A stretch of DNA of 64,000 bases from Solirubrobacteraceae bacterium (GTDB taxonomy: Bacteria; Actinomycetota; Thermoleophilia; Solirubrobacterales; Solirubrobacteraceae): assembly GCA_050252545.1 (NCBI GenBank), contig JBFWKS010000001.1, forward strand, positions 3,932 to 67,931, in the 5' to 3' direction. The position numbers were made by a program, and so were the translations under genes. A model generated the notes under the pieces. The model saw only the letters and a program-made list of their open reading frames with translations, made no database searches and was not told the origin of the DNA. This document shows, piece by piece, positions 1-9,446 of this stretch. The stretch's first letter is position 1; each line of letters opens with the position of its first letter.

Positions 1-74
1 CTCGGCATATCGCATGCTGAAATCTACATACGGCCTGTGGACCACGGTTCCGGGCGTCGGACCGGGCCGGTCGC

Positions 75-578
75 TCATGAACGCCGGTCGGCGCGGGTGA
101 TCGTGCGCTCCAGCTGCTCGGCGCGACCGTGGTCGGCGCAGGTGGTGCCGATCGTCGCGGCGGCCTGGGTCAGGTGGTCGCGGAGGGGGCCGTCGGTGCC
201 GATGGCCTGCGGATCGCGGCCGAAGATCGTCGCCAGCACGCCCATCGGGCGGTCCAGCGTCGCCAGGAGCGCGTCGCGCTGCGGCTTTCGGCTGCCGCTG
301 CGGGACAGGGTGCCCATCCCGCGGACCTCGACGCAGATCCGGCCGATCGCGATCTCGGCCTCGGCGACATGGCTGGCACCGGTGCTGGTCAGGCGGTGCG
401 CGCGATCGGTCAGGCCCTCCGGCAGCGGGACCTCGTCGGGGACCGGGCCGTCGATCTGGTCCTGGACGGTGTGCCACAGATCGGCGGCGTGATCGCGCAC
501 GCCGCCGGGCCCGCCCGCGGCGACGAGCAGCACGAGGGCGACGAGCACCGCCACGATCCGGCCGGGGGAGAGGTTCAC
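75..578 (-). CDS. Hypothetical exported/membrane-anchored protein
   Basis: 167-aa ORF, GTG start, hydrophobic N-terminus (IVAVLVALVLLVAAGG), two Cys; no recognisable domain. Confidence 0.6.
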   Translation of the reverse strand: MNLSPGRIVAVLVALVLLVAAGGPGGVRDHAADLWHTVQDQIDGPVPDEVPLPEGLTDRAHRLTSTGASHVAEAEIAIGRICVEVRGMGTLSRSGSRKPQRDALLATLDRPMGVLATIFGRDPQAIGTDGPLRDHLTQAAATIGTTCADHGRAEQLERTITRADRRS

Positions 579-784
579 CCGATCGTGGTCGACGGCTCCG
601 GGTCGACCCGCGAGAGGTCGTGGTCGACCTGGACCGATGGGGGATGCGAGCGCCGCCTCGGGGAGGTCTGCGGACCCGTCGTCCGCGGGGGGCGTCGTTG
701 GCGGACGTGGGTCGGCGACGCGGCGACCGGTCGTGACGCCCCGCCCGGTGACGCGGCGACCGGGGGACCGTCCGCGCCGAGGGG

Positions 785-1669
785 TCAGGCCGGCGGGGCC
801 ACCTGCTGGACCAGGACCGATGCGCCGTCGAGATCGCGCTCGCGGCCGGCGGCGACCGCGGCGAGCACCGCGTCGGCGTCGTGGCGGGCCCCGTCGTAGA
901 CCACGACGATCGCCTCGTCACCCGGCACCAGGAACGTCGACTCCCCGACCGGCGTGTACCGGGTGGCGCCGATCCCCACGAGCACGCGGGTCGGTCGCCC
1001 GCACGCGTCCAGGTACGACCCGACCGGCTCCAGCGGCGTGTCGTCGGACCCCTCCTGGTGGTTGAGCCGGTCCACGATCCACGCCAGCAGCGTGTCGCCG
1101 TAGTACGAGTAGCCGGGCAGCGGACTGTCGACCCCGTAGGCGTCGGTGCGCCCCGCCCGACGCAGGAAGCTCGCCAGCCGCAGCGTCTCGGTCGGTCCGT
1201 CCGGCGACAGGTCGGTCACCGGGATGAACGTGCTCGCGACGCCCTTCGACGCCGGACCCCAGTTCTTCTTGTGGCTGATCTTGCGCGCACCCGGTCGCCG
1301 GATCGAGCAGTCGTTGAACGCACCGATCGCGTGCGGTACCACGGCCGTCGGGGTGCCGGACGCGTCGTAGGTGACATCGGCCAGCAGCCCGACCTCGGGC
1401 TCGATCTGTAGGTTGAGCGGCTCGTCCGACGGCGGTGTCGCGATCGCCTCCGACGACAGCGGGAAGACACCGAGGAAGTCCTCGCGGCCCGGGACGTACC
1501 AGGGGAAGATCCCCTTCGGGGCCTCGCCGACCGACGCGACCGAGACGAAGTCCGCGGCTTCACCGGCCTGCTCCAGGTGCCCGGCGAAGTTGCCGGCCAC
1601 CCCGAACCCGAACACGTCCCGAAGATCCTGCGGGTCGACGGTGATCAGCGGGGACGTGGGGGAGGGCAC
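785..1669 (-). CDS. DUF5718-like (FAH-fold) protein
   Basis: FGFGVAGNFAGHLEQAGE, IEPEVGL, FNDCSIRRPGARKISHKKNWG motifs recognised from memory of this family. Confidence 0.75.
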   Translation of the reverse strand: MPSPTSPLITVDPQDLRDVFGFGVAGNFAGHLEQAGEAADFVSVASVGEAPKGIFPWYVPGREDFLGVFPLSSEAIATPPSDEPLNLQIEPEVGLLADVTYDASGTPTAVVPHAIGAFNDCSIRRPGARKISHKKNWGPASKGVASTFIPVTDLSPDGPTETLRLASFLRRAGRTDAYGVDSPLPGYSYYGDTLLAWIVDRLNHQEGSDDTPLEPVGSYLDACGRPTRVLVGIGATRYTPVGESTFLVPGDEAIVVVYDGARHDADAVLAAVAAGRERDLDGASVLVQQVAPPA

Positions 1670-1808
1670 GGTCGGTCAGGGTATCCGTCGTACCGGGAAG
1701 AGCCGCGGACGATCCCACCGGCGGCGGGCGGGCGGAATCACCGTCGTGGGAAGGTGCGGGGCCCGTCAGGCCCCATTGGCAGCGCCCCGCATCGCGATGC
1801 CCTCGACG

Positions 1809-2690
1809 TCAGACCGCGGACGGCACCCCGGTCAGCTCCTCGGACAGGGTCCACAGGCGCCGGGCAGTGGGGCCGTCCTGTGCCCGCTGCGTGCGGCCGA
1901 CGATCTTCGGCGCGCCGCGGGACTCCTGCAGGCCGCCCGGTCCCACGTACGTGTTGCCCGGCAGGTCCTGCGTGGCTGCGAACAGCGACGGGAGCGCCCC
2001 GTTCTCGGCGCTCTGGGCGATCAGGACGTTGCCGACCTTGCCCAGCAGATTCGACATGGGCGACCCGTGGCTCTGCAGGTGGGTTGCGGCGTAGCCCGGG
2101 TGGGCGGCCAGCGACCGCACGGCGCTCCCGGTCGCGGCCAGTCGTCGGTCGAGCTCGAGGGTGAAGAGCAGGTTGGCGAGCTTGGACTGCCCGTAGGCCG
2201 GCCACGCCCGGTAACGACGGCGCTCCCCGTTCAGATCGTCCAGGTCGATCTTGCCGGTGCGGTGCATCATCGACGACAGGGTCACCACCCGATCGGTGAT
2301 CCGGTCCAGCAACAGGTTGGTCAGGGCGAAGGGGCCCAGGTGGTTGGTGCCGATCTGCAGCTCGAACCCCTGCGCGGTGCGGCCCTGCGGCACCGCCATG
2401 ATCCCGGCGTTGTTGATCAGGCCGTCGATCGGGCCGTCCCACTCCTCCGCGAACCGCCGTACCGAGTCCAGGTCGGCGAGGTCCAGCGGCCGGACCTCCA
2501 CCGTCCCCGTGATCGTCTGGGCGGCCTGCTCGCCCTTGGCGATGCTGCGCACCGCCAGGACGACCCGGGCCCCGACCCGGGCCAGCTCCCGGGCCGTCAC
2601 CAACCCCAGGCCGCTGTTGGCGCCCGTGATGACGAACGTGCGGCCCGTCTGGTCGGGCAGGTCGGCGGCGGACCATCCGGAACGGCTCAT
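1809..2690 (-). CDS. SDR oxidoreductase (retinol dehydrogenase/protochlorophyllide reductase-like)
   Basis: TGANSGLG, NNAGIM, NHLGPF, YGQSK motifs; ATG 2690 lies 7 nt after a TACGGT -10-like hexamer. Confidence 0.9.
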   Translation of the reverse strand: MSRSGWSAADLPDQTGRTFVITGANSGLGLVTARELARVGARVVLAVRSIAKGEQAAQTITGTVEVRPLDLADLDSVRRFAEEWDGPIDGLINNAGIMAVPQGRTAQGFELQIGTNHLGPFALTNLLLDRITDRVVTLSSMMHRTGKIDLDDLNGERRRYRAWPAYGQSKLANLLFTLELDRRLAATGSAVRSLAAHPGYAATHLQSHGSPMSNLLGKVGNVLIAQSAENGALPSLFAATQDLPGNTYVGPGGLQESRGAPKIVGRTQRAQDGPTARRLWTLSEELTGVPSAV

Positions 2691-2772
2691 TGACGGCACC
2701 GTACCCAGTGCGGGTGACGTGCCGCACGGCCCGCCCGCTCGCGCCACGCCGCACGACGCGCCCACCGGCGGC

Positions 2773-3549
2773 TCAGGCCACACCGCGCAGCAACACACCG
2801 ACGGCGTAGGCCAGCACCGCGGCACTGCCGCCCACCGCGAGGGTCTCGAGACCCGAGCTCCACCGTCGACGACCGACGAGCCCGGCCTTCGCGACGCCGA
2901 CGGCGAAGAACGCGGAGAGGGTGAGCACGGCGCTCCACACGAACGGGTCGGCGATCTGATCGGGCCACGCCAGGTCCACGATGTACGCCCCGAGCGGCAG
3001 CAGGCCGACGAGGAGGAACGCCGCGAAGGTGGACAGGGCGGCGGCGACCGGACGCGGCGGATCGGCGCTGTACCCGAGCTCCTCGCGCATCATGAGATCC
3101 AGCCAGACCTCGCGATCACCGGTGACGACCCGCACCGCGTCGTCGAGCTGCTCGCCGGCGAAGCCCTGTCCGGCCAGGATCTGGCGGACCTCCTCGCGCT
3201 CGCCGTCGGGGAAGGTCTCGATCTGGTGCTCCTCGTCGCGGCGGGCCCGATCGCGCTGCTGCAGCTCGGCACGCGTGCCGAGGTAGTTGCCGATCGCCAT
3301 GCTGAACCCGTCCGCGAGCAGGTTGGCGGTCCCCATCACCACGACGATGCCATCGGCGAGCTGGGCGCCGGTCACCCCGGCGACCACCGCAAACGTCGTC
3401 ACCGCACCGTCGACCGCACCGAGCACCGCGTCGCCGAGGACGCTCGGGCGACGCTCGGCGCCGAGGCGACGCCGGACGGCGTCCGGGGTGTGGATGGTGG
3501 CCAGCTGCTCCGCGTCCGGGGCCGTCGAACGCGTCCGGAGCCGTCGCAT
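2773..3549 (-). CDS. VIT1/CCC1 family Fe/Mn transporter
   Basis: DAVLGAVDGAVTTFAVVAG, ANLLADGFSMAIGNYLG, EREE motifs and TM helices. Confidence 0.9.
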   Translation of the reverse strand: MRRLRTRSTAPDAEQLATIHTPDAVRRRLGAERRPSVLGDAVLGAVDGAVTTFAVVAGVTGAQLADGIVVVMGTANLLADGFSMAIGNYLGTRAELQQRDRARRDEEHQIETFPDGEREEVRQILAGQGFAGEQLDDAVRVVTGDREVWLDLMMREELGYSADPPRPVAAALSTFAAFLLVGLLPLGAYIVDLAWPDQIADPFVWSAVLTLSAFFAVGVAKAGLVGRRRWSSGLETLAVGGSAAVLAYAVGVLLRGVA

Positions 3550-3626
3550 CAGGCGTCCGCTCCGCGCCGGCGAGCGATCGCGTGGCCGACCGGTTCGCGG
3601 TGGCTCGGAATCGGTGCCGGCACCGG

Positions 3627-4064
3627 TCAGCGGCCGGCGGCCAGGGCGTCGCGGACGAGTTGCGACACGCGCTTGCCGTCGGCCTGCCCGCCGACGGAGG
3701 CCATCACCTGCTTCATCACCCGGCCCATGTCCTTGGGCGACGTGGCGCCGGTGTCGGCGATCGCCTGCGCGACCGCCTCGCGCAGGTCGTCGTCGGACGG
3801 CTCGGCGGGCAGGTAGCCGGAGATCAGCTCGGCCTCGAACCGCTCGCCGGTCTCGAGCTCGTCGCGGCCCGCGTCGTGGTACGCCTCGGCGGACTCCAGC
3901 CGCCGCTTGCGTTCCCGCCGCAGCACCGCCATCTCGTCCCCCTTGCCCTCCTTGGCGTCCTTCTGCAGCTCCGACAGCACGAGCCGCAGAGCCTGCGTCC
4001 GCGGGCGGTCGCCGGCCTTCAGTGCGGCGTCGGCGTCCTGCTTGACCCGCTCCATGATGCTCAT
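3627..4064 (-). CDS. yqeY: GatB/YqeY domain protein
   Basis: MSIMERVKQDADAALKAGD...RRERKRRLESAEAY...KDMGRVMKQVM; leaderless-type start. Confidence 0.9.
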   Translation of the reverse strand: MSIMERVKQDADAALKAGDRPRTQALRLVLSELQKDAKEGKGDEMAVLRRERKRRLESAEAYHDAGRDELETGERFEAELISGYLPAEPSDDDLREAVAQAIADTGATSPKDMGRVMKQVMASVGGQADGKRVSQLVRDALAAGR

Positions 4065-4121
4065 CGCTCCACGGTAGTCGAGCGGCCCACTGGGCCGTGG
4101 GCCGGGCGATAGCGTCGGGGC

Positions 4122-4855
4122 ATGGTCGGACCGAACACCACCGACGAGTCGAGCGTCACCGCCACCGCCGCCGCGCTGTCGGCGATCGCCGCGGAGGAGG
4201 GCGTGACCGGCCCCGACCGGCTGGAGCGCCACGACACGCACATGTCGATCGTCCTGCTCGGCAGGGACCGGGCCTACAAGGTCAAGCGCGCCCGGCGATT
4301 CGCCTTCGCCGACCTCGCGAGCGCGACCGGCGCCGTTGGGCGTGCGGTGAGGAGGTGCGCGTCAACCGCGAGCTCTCCGGTGACATCTACCTGGGGGTGC
4401 GTGCGGTCGTGCCCGACGGGGACCGGTTCCGGCTGGCGGACGGGGACGATCCGGCGGCGGTGGAGCACGTCGTGGAGATGCGGCGGTTCGACGCGGCCCG
4501 GACGCTGCGCTCCGCGGTCGAGCAGGGACGGCTCGACCTCGCCGACCTGGACCGGGTCGCCGCGACGGTCGCCGCGTTCCACGACCGCGCGCCCCGCGTC
4601 GATGCCCCGCACGCGGCGCCCGAGGCGGCATCCGCGGCCAAGCGCGCCGTCGCCGCCGAGGACGTCGAGCTCACCGCGCTGCTGACCGCGCCCGACGTGG
4701 CGATCCTGCACGCCGCCACGCCCGACGTCGGGCGGGCCCAGGAGGCCGTCGCCGAGCCGCTCGACGAGGTGCCGGCCGACCGGCTGCTGATGGTGCGGAC
4801 CGACCGGCCGGTCACGGCGGTCGCCCTTGCGGTCGCCGCCGCGCTCGACGCGTGA
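4122..4855 (+). pseudogene. Frameshifted and internally deleted aminoglycoside-phosphotransferase-like/AAA protein (Rv2004c-like)
   Basis: N-terminal DTHMSIVLLGRDRAYKVKR in frame of 4122 continues as RRWACGEEVRVNRELSGDIYLGV in another frame after about 4330; no HGD kinase motif or P-loop follows. Confidence 0.7.
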
Positions 4856-5002
4856 GGTCGGGACCGACGCTCACGGCTCGACGACGGCGGCGGTGGCGAA
4901 CCCGTAGAGGCCGAGCCGGACGGGTCGCCGCACATCCGCAGCGCCCTCGCGATGCCGTTCGCGGTGGTGCCCCTGGCCATGGCCGCCGCTCTATGCTACA
5001 AC

Positions 5003-5033
5003 TGAACAATCATTGACGATCTGTACACATGGT
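5003..5033. promoter_or_regulatory. AT-rich imperfect inverted repeat plus CATGGT -10-like hexamer upstream of the FAD oxidoreductase
   Basis: TGAACAATCATTGACGATCTGTACA (5003-5027); CATGGT 5028-5033 is 6 nt before ATG 5040. Confidence 0.4.
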
Positions 5034-5039
5034 GCCGGC

Positions 5040-6677
5040 ATGGCTGACGCACGAACGGATCCGCACGGGACCCCGGCCCGTCCGGGCGCTTCCCACCGCG
5101 AGCAGGCGTGGGGACGCTGGGGCGACCCGGCCGACGCGGCGCCGCTGTCCGACGCGCTCGCCCCGCTGCTCGAGCAGGCGCTCGGGGTCCGCCGCCCGGG
5201 CGCCCCGGTGCCGCCGGTCGACGGCGTCCGGCCGGCTCCGGGCCGGCTCTCCGACGTGGCCCGCCGGGCGATCGTCGCGGTCGTCGGCGACGCGCACCTG
5301 CTCGACGACGACGAGACCCGCGCCCGCCACACCCGTGGACGCTCCACGCTCGACCTGCTCCGCGTCCGCGACGGCGATCTGGCCGACGCCCCCGACGCGG
5401 TCGTCCTGCCCTCCGGCCACGACGACGTGCTCGCCATCCTGCGGGCCTGCGCCGAGCACCGCATCGCCGTCGTGCCCTTCGGCGGTGGCACCTCCGTCGT
5501 CGGCGGCCTGGCCCCCGCCCGCGACGGGTTCGCCGCGGTGATCGCGCTCGACCTGCGCCGGATGGACGCGCTGGTCGACGTCGACCCCGTGTCGCGCACC
5601 GCGACCCTGGAGCCGGGTCTGCGCGGACCGGACGCCGAGGCGCTGCTGGCGCCGCACGGGTTCACCATCGGCCACCACCCGCAGTCGTTCCTGTGGGCGA
5701 CGATCGGCGGGTTCGCCGCCGCCCGCTCCAGCGGGCAGGCCTCGGCCGGCTACGGTCGCTTCGACGAGATGGTCGTCCGGCTGCGGGTCGCCACGCCCAC
5801 CGGCACCCTCGACGTCGGACGCGCCCCGCGCTCCGCCGCCGGCCCGGATCTGCGCCAGCTCGTGCTCGGGTCGGAGGGCGCCTTCGGCGTCATCACCGCC
5901 GTCACCGTCGCCGTCCGTCCCGTTCCCGCCGCGCGGGTCTACGACGGCTGGCGGTTCGCGTCGTTCGCCGACGGGACGGCCGCGCTGCGGAGCCTGGCGC
6001 AGGACGGCCCGACGCCGACGGTCCTGCGGCTCTCGGACGAGGCGGAGACCGCCCTGAACCTCGCCCGCCCGGACGAGATCGGCGCCGGTGGCCCGGGTGG
6101 CTGCCTGGCGATCGTCGGCTACGAGGGGACGGCCGACGAGGTCGCGCGTCGCCGCGAGGCCACCACCGCCCGGCTGCGCGAGCTCGGCGGCACCCCCGAC
6201 GCCGACGCCGGCACGGCGTGGGAGCACGGGCGCTACCGGGGCCCCTACCTGCGGGATGCGCTGCTCGACGCGGGGGCGCTGGTGGAGACGCTGGAGACCA
6301 CCGCGTTCTGGGCCGACCTGCCGGCGCTCTACCGGGCGGTGAGCGACGCCCTGCGCGAGACCCTCACCGGGCTCGGCACCCCGCCGGTGATCCTCACCCA
6401 CGTCTCGCACGTCTACGCGACCGGGGCGTCGCTGTACTTCACCGTCGGGTGCGCGCAGGCCGGCGACCCGGTGGCGCAGTGGCGGACGGCCAAGGAGGCC
6501 GCCAACGCCGCGATCGGTTCCGTCGGCGCGTCGATCACCCACCACCACGGCGTCGGCACCGACCACCGCGCCGCGCTCGCCGACGAGATCGGCCCGCTCG
6601 GCGTCGCGGTGCTGCGGGCCACGAAGGCCGCGCTCGACCCCGACGGCATCCTCAACCCCGGCGTGCTGGTCCCGTGA
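5040..6677 (+). CDS. FAD-binding oxidoreductase, alkyl-DHAP synthase (AGPS)-like
   Basis: PFGGGTSVVGG FAD motif, HHPQSF, SHVY, THHHGVG C-terminal motif. Confidence 0.85.
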   Translation: MADARTDPHGTPARPGASHREQAWGRWGDPADAAPLSDALAPLLEQALGVRRPGAPVPPVDGVRPAPGRLSDVARRAIVAVVGDAHLLDDDETRARHTRGRSTLDLLRVRDGDLADAPDAVVLPSGHDDVLAILRACAEHRIAVVPFGGGTSVVGGLAPARDGFAAVIALDLRRMDALVDVDPVSRTATLEPGLRGPDAEALLAPHGFTIGHHPQSFLWATIGGFAAARSSGQASAGYGRFDEMVVRLRVATPTGTLDVGRAPRSAAGPDLRQLVLGSEGAFGVITAVTVAVRPVPAARVYDGWRFASFADGTAALRSLAQDGPTPTVLRLSDEAETALNLARPDEIGAGGPGGCLAIVGYEGTADEVARRREATTARLRELGGTPDADAGTAWEHGRYRGPYLRDALLDAGALVETLETTAFWADLPALYRAVSDALRETLTGLGTPPVILTHVSHVYATGASLYFTVGCAQAGDPVAQWRTAKEAANAAIGSVGASITHHHGVGTDHRAALADEIGPLGVAVLRATKAALDPDGILNPGVLVP

Positions 6678-8428
6678 TGCGCCGCGCACGCCGTCCGTCG
6701 CCGGGCACGGCACGCCCGGGCGTCGGCGCCCCGTCGCCGGGCGGCCCGGCGACGCACCTCACCGCCGCGCGTCGCGCCGCCGACCTGGACCGCCTGGCCG
6801 CGGGCGAGACCGTGGACGTGCTCGTCGTGGGCGGTGGCATCACCGGCGTCGGGGTCGCGCTCGACGCCGCCACGCGGGGCCTGTCGGTGGCCCTCGTCGA
6901 GCGCGGGGACCTGGCGACGGGCACGAGCCGGTGGAGCTCCAAGCTCGCCCACGGAGGCCTGCGCTACCTGGCCCAGGGCCGGTTCGGGATCGCCTGGGAG
7001 TCCGCCCGCGAGCGCGGGCTGCTGGCCGACGTGATCGCCCCGCACCTCATCCGGGCCCTGCCGCAGGTGACCCCCCTGTACGGCCGCGCGCCCCAGGTCG
7101 CGCCGTTGGCGGTCGCCGCGGGCGTGCGCACCGGCGATGCGATGCGCGCCCTGGCCGGCACCAGTGGGCGGCGCCTGCCACGGATGCGTCGGGTGAGCGC
7201 GGCCGAGGCCCGGCTGTGGGCACCGGCCCTGGACTCGCGGCGGTTGCGCGGAGCGCTGTTGCACTGGGACGGGCAACTCGAGGACGACGCGCGCCTGGTC
7301 GTCACCGTCGCCCGGACCGCCGCGGCGCACGGCGCCATGATCCTGACCCGGGCCGAGGCGCTGGAGCTGCGGGCCGACGGAGCGACCGTGCGCGACCGCA
7401 CGCCGCGACCGGGGACGACCGGGGACGAGGCCACCGCGACGGCCGAGGGCCGCACGTTCGAGCTGCGGGCGCGGCACGTCGTCAACGCCACCGGCGTCTG
7501 GGCGGGCGACCTCGTCGACGGGGTGACGTTGCGGCCCAGTCGCGGATCGCACCTGCTGCTGCCCGCCGAGCGGCTCGGCAACCCGAGGGCGGCGGTCAAC
7601 GTGCCCGTCCCCGGCCGCTTCGGCCGGTTCGTGTTCGCGCTGCCCCGCCCCGACGGCCTCGTCCTCGTCGGGATCACCGACGAGCCGCACGACGGTCCGG
7701 TGCCCGACGCCCCGCTGCCCACGCCGGAGGAGGAGGACTTCCTCCTGCGGACGCTCTCCACCGCGCTGGGCCGGCCGGTGGGACCGGAGGACGTCGTCGG
7801 GCGGTTCGCCGGCCTGCGCCCCCTGCTGGACACCGGCGGGGGCGGCAGGACCGCGGACGTGTCGCGACGCCACCTCGTCGTCGAGGACCCTCGCACGCAG
7901 GTGATCACCGTCGTCGGGGGCAAGCTCACGACCTACCGCCGGATGGCGGAGGACGCGGTCGACCGGGTCGTGGCCCGTCCCGGGGTGACGGCCGGACGGT
8001 GCCTGACGACCAGCCTGCCGCTGGTCGGAGCGCCCGCCCCCGGTGCCGTGGGGCGCGGAGACGGGCGGCGCGATCCCGGTGCGGAGCGCGTGGACCCGCG
8101 GCCGGCACACGCGGTCGAGCGGGACCGTGGGGGAGACGCGGGCGGCCCGTCCGTCCCCGAGCGCCTGCTCCGCCGGTTCGGGACCGAGGCCCCGGCGGTC
8201 GTGGCCCTGGCCGGTGGTGACCCGTCGCTCCTGGAGCCGATCGCGTCCGGCGTGTCGGTCCTGGGCGTCGAGGTGCTCGCCGCCGTCCGCTGGGAAGGGG
8301 CCCTGACGCTCGGCGACGTCCTCGATCGCCGCACCCGCCTGGGCCTGGTGCCCGCGTGGCGCGATCTGGCGGCGGAGCCGGTGGAACGGTTGATGGGACG
8401 GACGTCGACCCCGACCTCGGTGGCCTGA
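6677..8428 (+). CDS. glpD: FAD-dependent glycerol-3-phosphate dehydrogenase
   Basis: VVGGGITGVG, GTSRWSSKLAHGGLRYL, GGKLTTYRRMAE, RRTRLG; TGATG coupling with upstream gene. Confidence 0.9.
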   Translation: MRRARRPSPGTARPGVGAPSPGGPATHLTAARRAADLDRLAAGETVDVLVVGGGITGVGVALDAATRGLSVALVERGDLATGTSRWSSKLAHGGLRYLAQGRFGIAWESARERGLLADVIAPHLIRALPQVTPLYGRAPQVAPLAVAAGVRTGDAMRALAGTSGRRLPRMRRVSAAEARLWAPALDSRRLRGALLHWDGQLEDDARLVVTVARTAAAHGAMILTRAEALELRADGATVRDRTPRPGTTGDEATATAEGRTFELRARHVVNATGVWAGDLVDGVTLRPSRGSHLLLPAERLGNPRAAVNVPVPGRFGRFVFALPRPDGLVLVGITDEPHDGPVPDAPLPTPEEEDFLLRTLSTALGRPVGPEDVVGRFAGLRPLLDTGGGGRTADVSRRHLVVEDPRTQVITVVGGKLTTYRRMAEDAVDRVVARPGVTAGRCLTTSLPLVGAPAPGAVGRGDGRRDPGAERVDPRPAHAVERDRGGDAGGPSVPERLLRRFGTEAPAVVALAGGDPSLLEPIASGVSVLGVEVLAAVRWEGALTLGDVLDRRTRLGLVPAWRDLAAEPVERLMGRTSTPTSVA

Positions 8429-8449
8429 CCGGGCGGCACGCCGGCGCGG

Positions 8450-9070
8450 TCAGGTCCTCGTGTCCGCCGTCGTGGGCAACCCCGCTCCGGGGGCCTCCAG
8501 CACCCGGTACGCCTCGTCCAGCAGCTCGAGCACCTCGCCGCCGCGTTCGATCCAGACGCGGAACGCGGCGGTCGATGCGCCCAGGCAGGCCTGGGCGACC
8601 GTGGTCGGCCGCAGGGCGTCGGGGTCGTCGTCGGTGTGGCGGGCGACGAACTCCGCGATCGCATCGCACCATTCGCGGTGGCGCAGCATCGCGTGGGCCT
8701 GCAGCGCGGGCACCGTCGTGATCAGGCGCATCCGCACCCGCAGCTCGGGCATCGCGTCGGGGCCGTAGTCGTTGAACGCGACGACCGCCCGACGGATCAC
8801 GGTCATCAGCGGCGTGTCGGGTGGTGCGGCGGCCAGGTGATCGCGGAATCGCTGGACGTGCGTGCGGAAGTCGCCCCAGACGATGTCGTGCTTGGACGGG
8901 TAGTAGCGGAAGAGCGTCCGGCGGCCGATCCCGGCGGCGGCGGCGATCGCGTCGACGGTCGTCGCGTCGTACCCGTCGCGATCGAAGAGCTCCAGGGCGA
9001 CCGACGTGATCCGTTCGGCCGAGGTGCTCGCCGGACGGCCGGGGCGGGCGGGTGGTGGTTGCGGGCTCAT
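8450..9070 (-). CDS. mftR: Mycofactocin system TetR-family regulator
   Basis: TetR HTH (IAAAAGIGRRTLFRYYPSKHDIVWGDF), RVRMRLITTVPALQAH; divergent from mftA. Confidence 0.9.
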   Translation of the reverse strand: MSPQPPPARPGRPASTSAERITSVALELFDRDGYDATTVDAIAAAAGIGRRTLFRYYPSKHDIVWGDFRTHVQRFRDHLAAAPPDTPLMTVIRRAVVAFNDYGPDAMPELRVRMRLITTVPALQAHAMLRHREWCDAIAEFVARHTDDDPDALRPTTVAQACLGASTAAFRVWIERGGEVLELLDEAYRVLEAPGAGLPTTADTRT

Positions 9071-9222
9071 GCGCGGTCCGAAGCATCGCCGGTGGCGCGG
9101 CGGGGTGCGCTCCCGCGCCCGCCGTGGGCGGCGCTCACGTCCGGTGGCGGACCGGCCTCGTGCCTCGGAGCCGGCCCACAGCGGAAGGCGGTGGATGAGG
9201 GCGTCTGCGCGACCAACCGATA

Positions 9223-9252
9223 TTGACACCGCGTGCCACGCGGTGGTATAAG
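9223..9252 (+). promoter_or_regulatory. Sigma70-type promoter of the mft operon
   Basis: TTGACA 9223-9228, 18-bp spacer, extended -10 TG-n-TATAAG 9244-9252. Confidence 0.75.
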
Positions 9253-9267
9253 ACGCGGGAATCGTCG

Positions 9268-9282
9268 TGGCACGCGATGCCG
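9268..9282. promoter_or_regulatory. MftR operator (GGCA-N5-TGCC core)
   Basis: TGGCACGCGATGCCG between promoter and mftA RBS; matches the known mycobacterial MftR operator core. Confidence 0.7.
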
Positions 9283-9305
9283 AAACCCGAGTAGCAGGAG
9301 AGCGC

Positions 9306-9443
9306 ATGACCGCCCCCGAAGTCACCGAGGCGTCCGTCGAGGAGTCGGCCGCCCGCGCCGAGGAGCCGGCGCCCGAGGCCCTCGTCGAAGAGGACCTCCT
9401 CGTCGAGGACGTCTCCATCGACGGCATGTGCGGGGTCTACTAG
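9306..9443 (+). CDS. mftA: Mycofactocin precursor peptide (45 aa)
   Basis: MTAPEVTEASVEESAARAEEPAPEALVEEDLLVEDVSIDGMCGVY*; diagnostic IDGMCGVY C-terminus; AGGAG RBS at 9296-9300. Confidence 0.97.
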   Translation: MTAPEVTEASVEESAARAEEPAPEALVEEDLLVEDVSIDGMCGVY

Positions 9444-9446
9444 CCC

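Noticed and set aside
4940-4980. MARGTTANGIARA as a TetR HTH remnant
   Set aside because: Resemblance is too short to support
5108-6673. 1106-aa ORF 5108-8428 as a giant fusion
   Set aside because: The first ~520 aa are Arg/Pro-rich shadow translation of the AGPS-like gene; only the part from 6677 is GlpD
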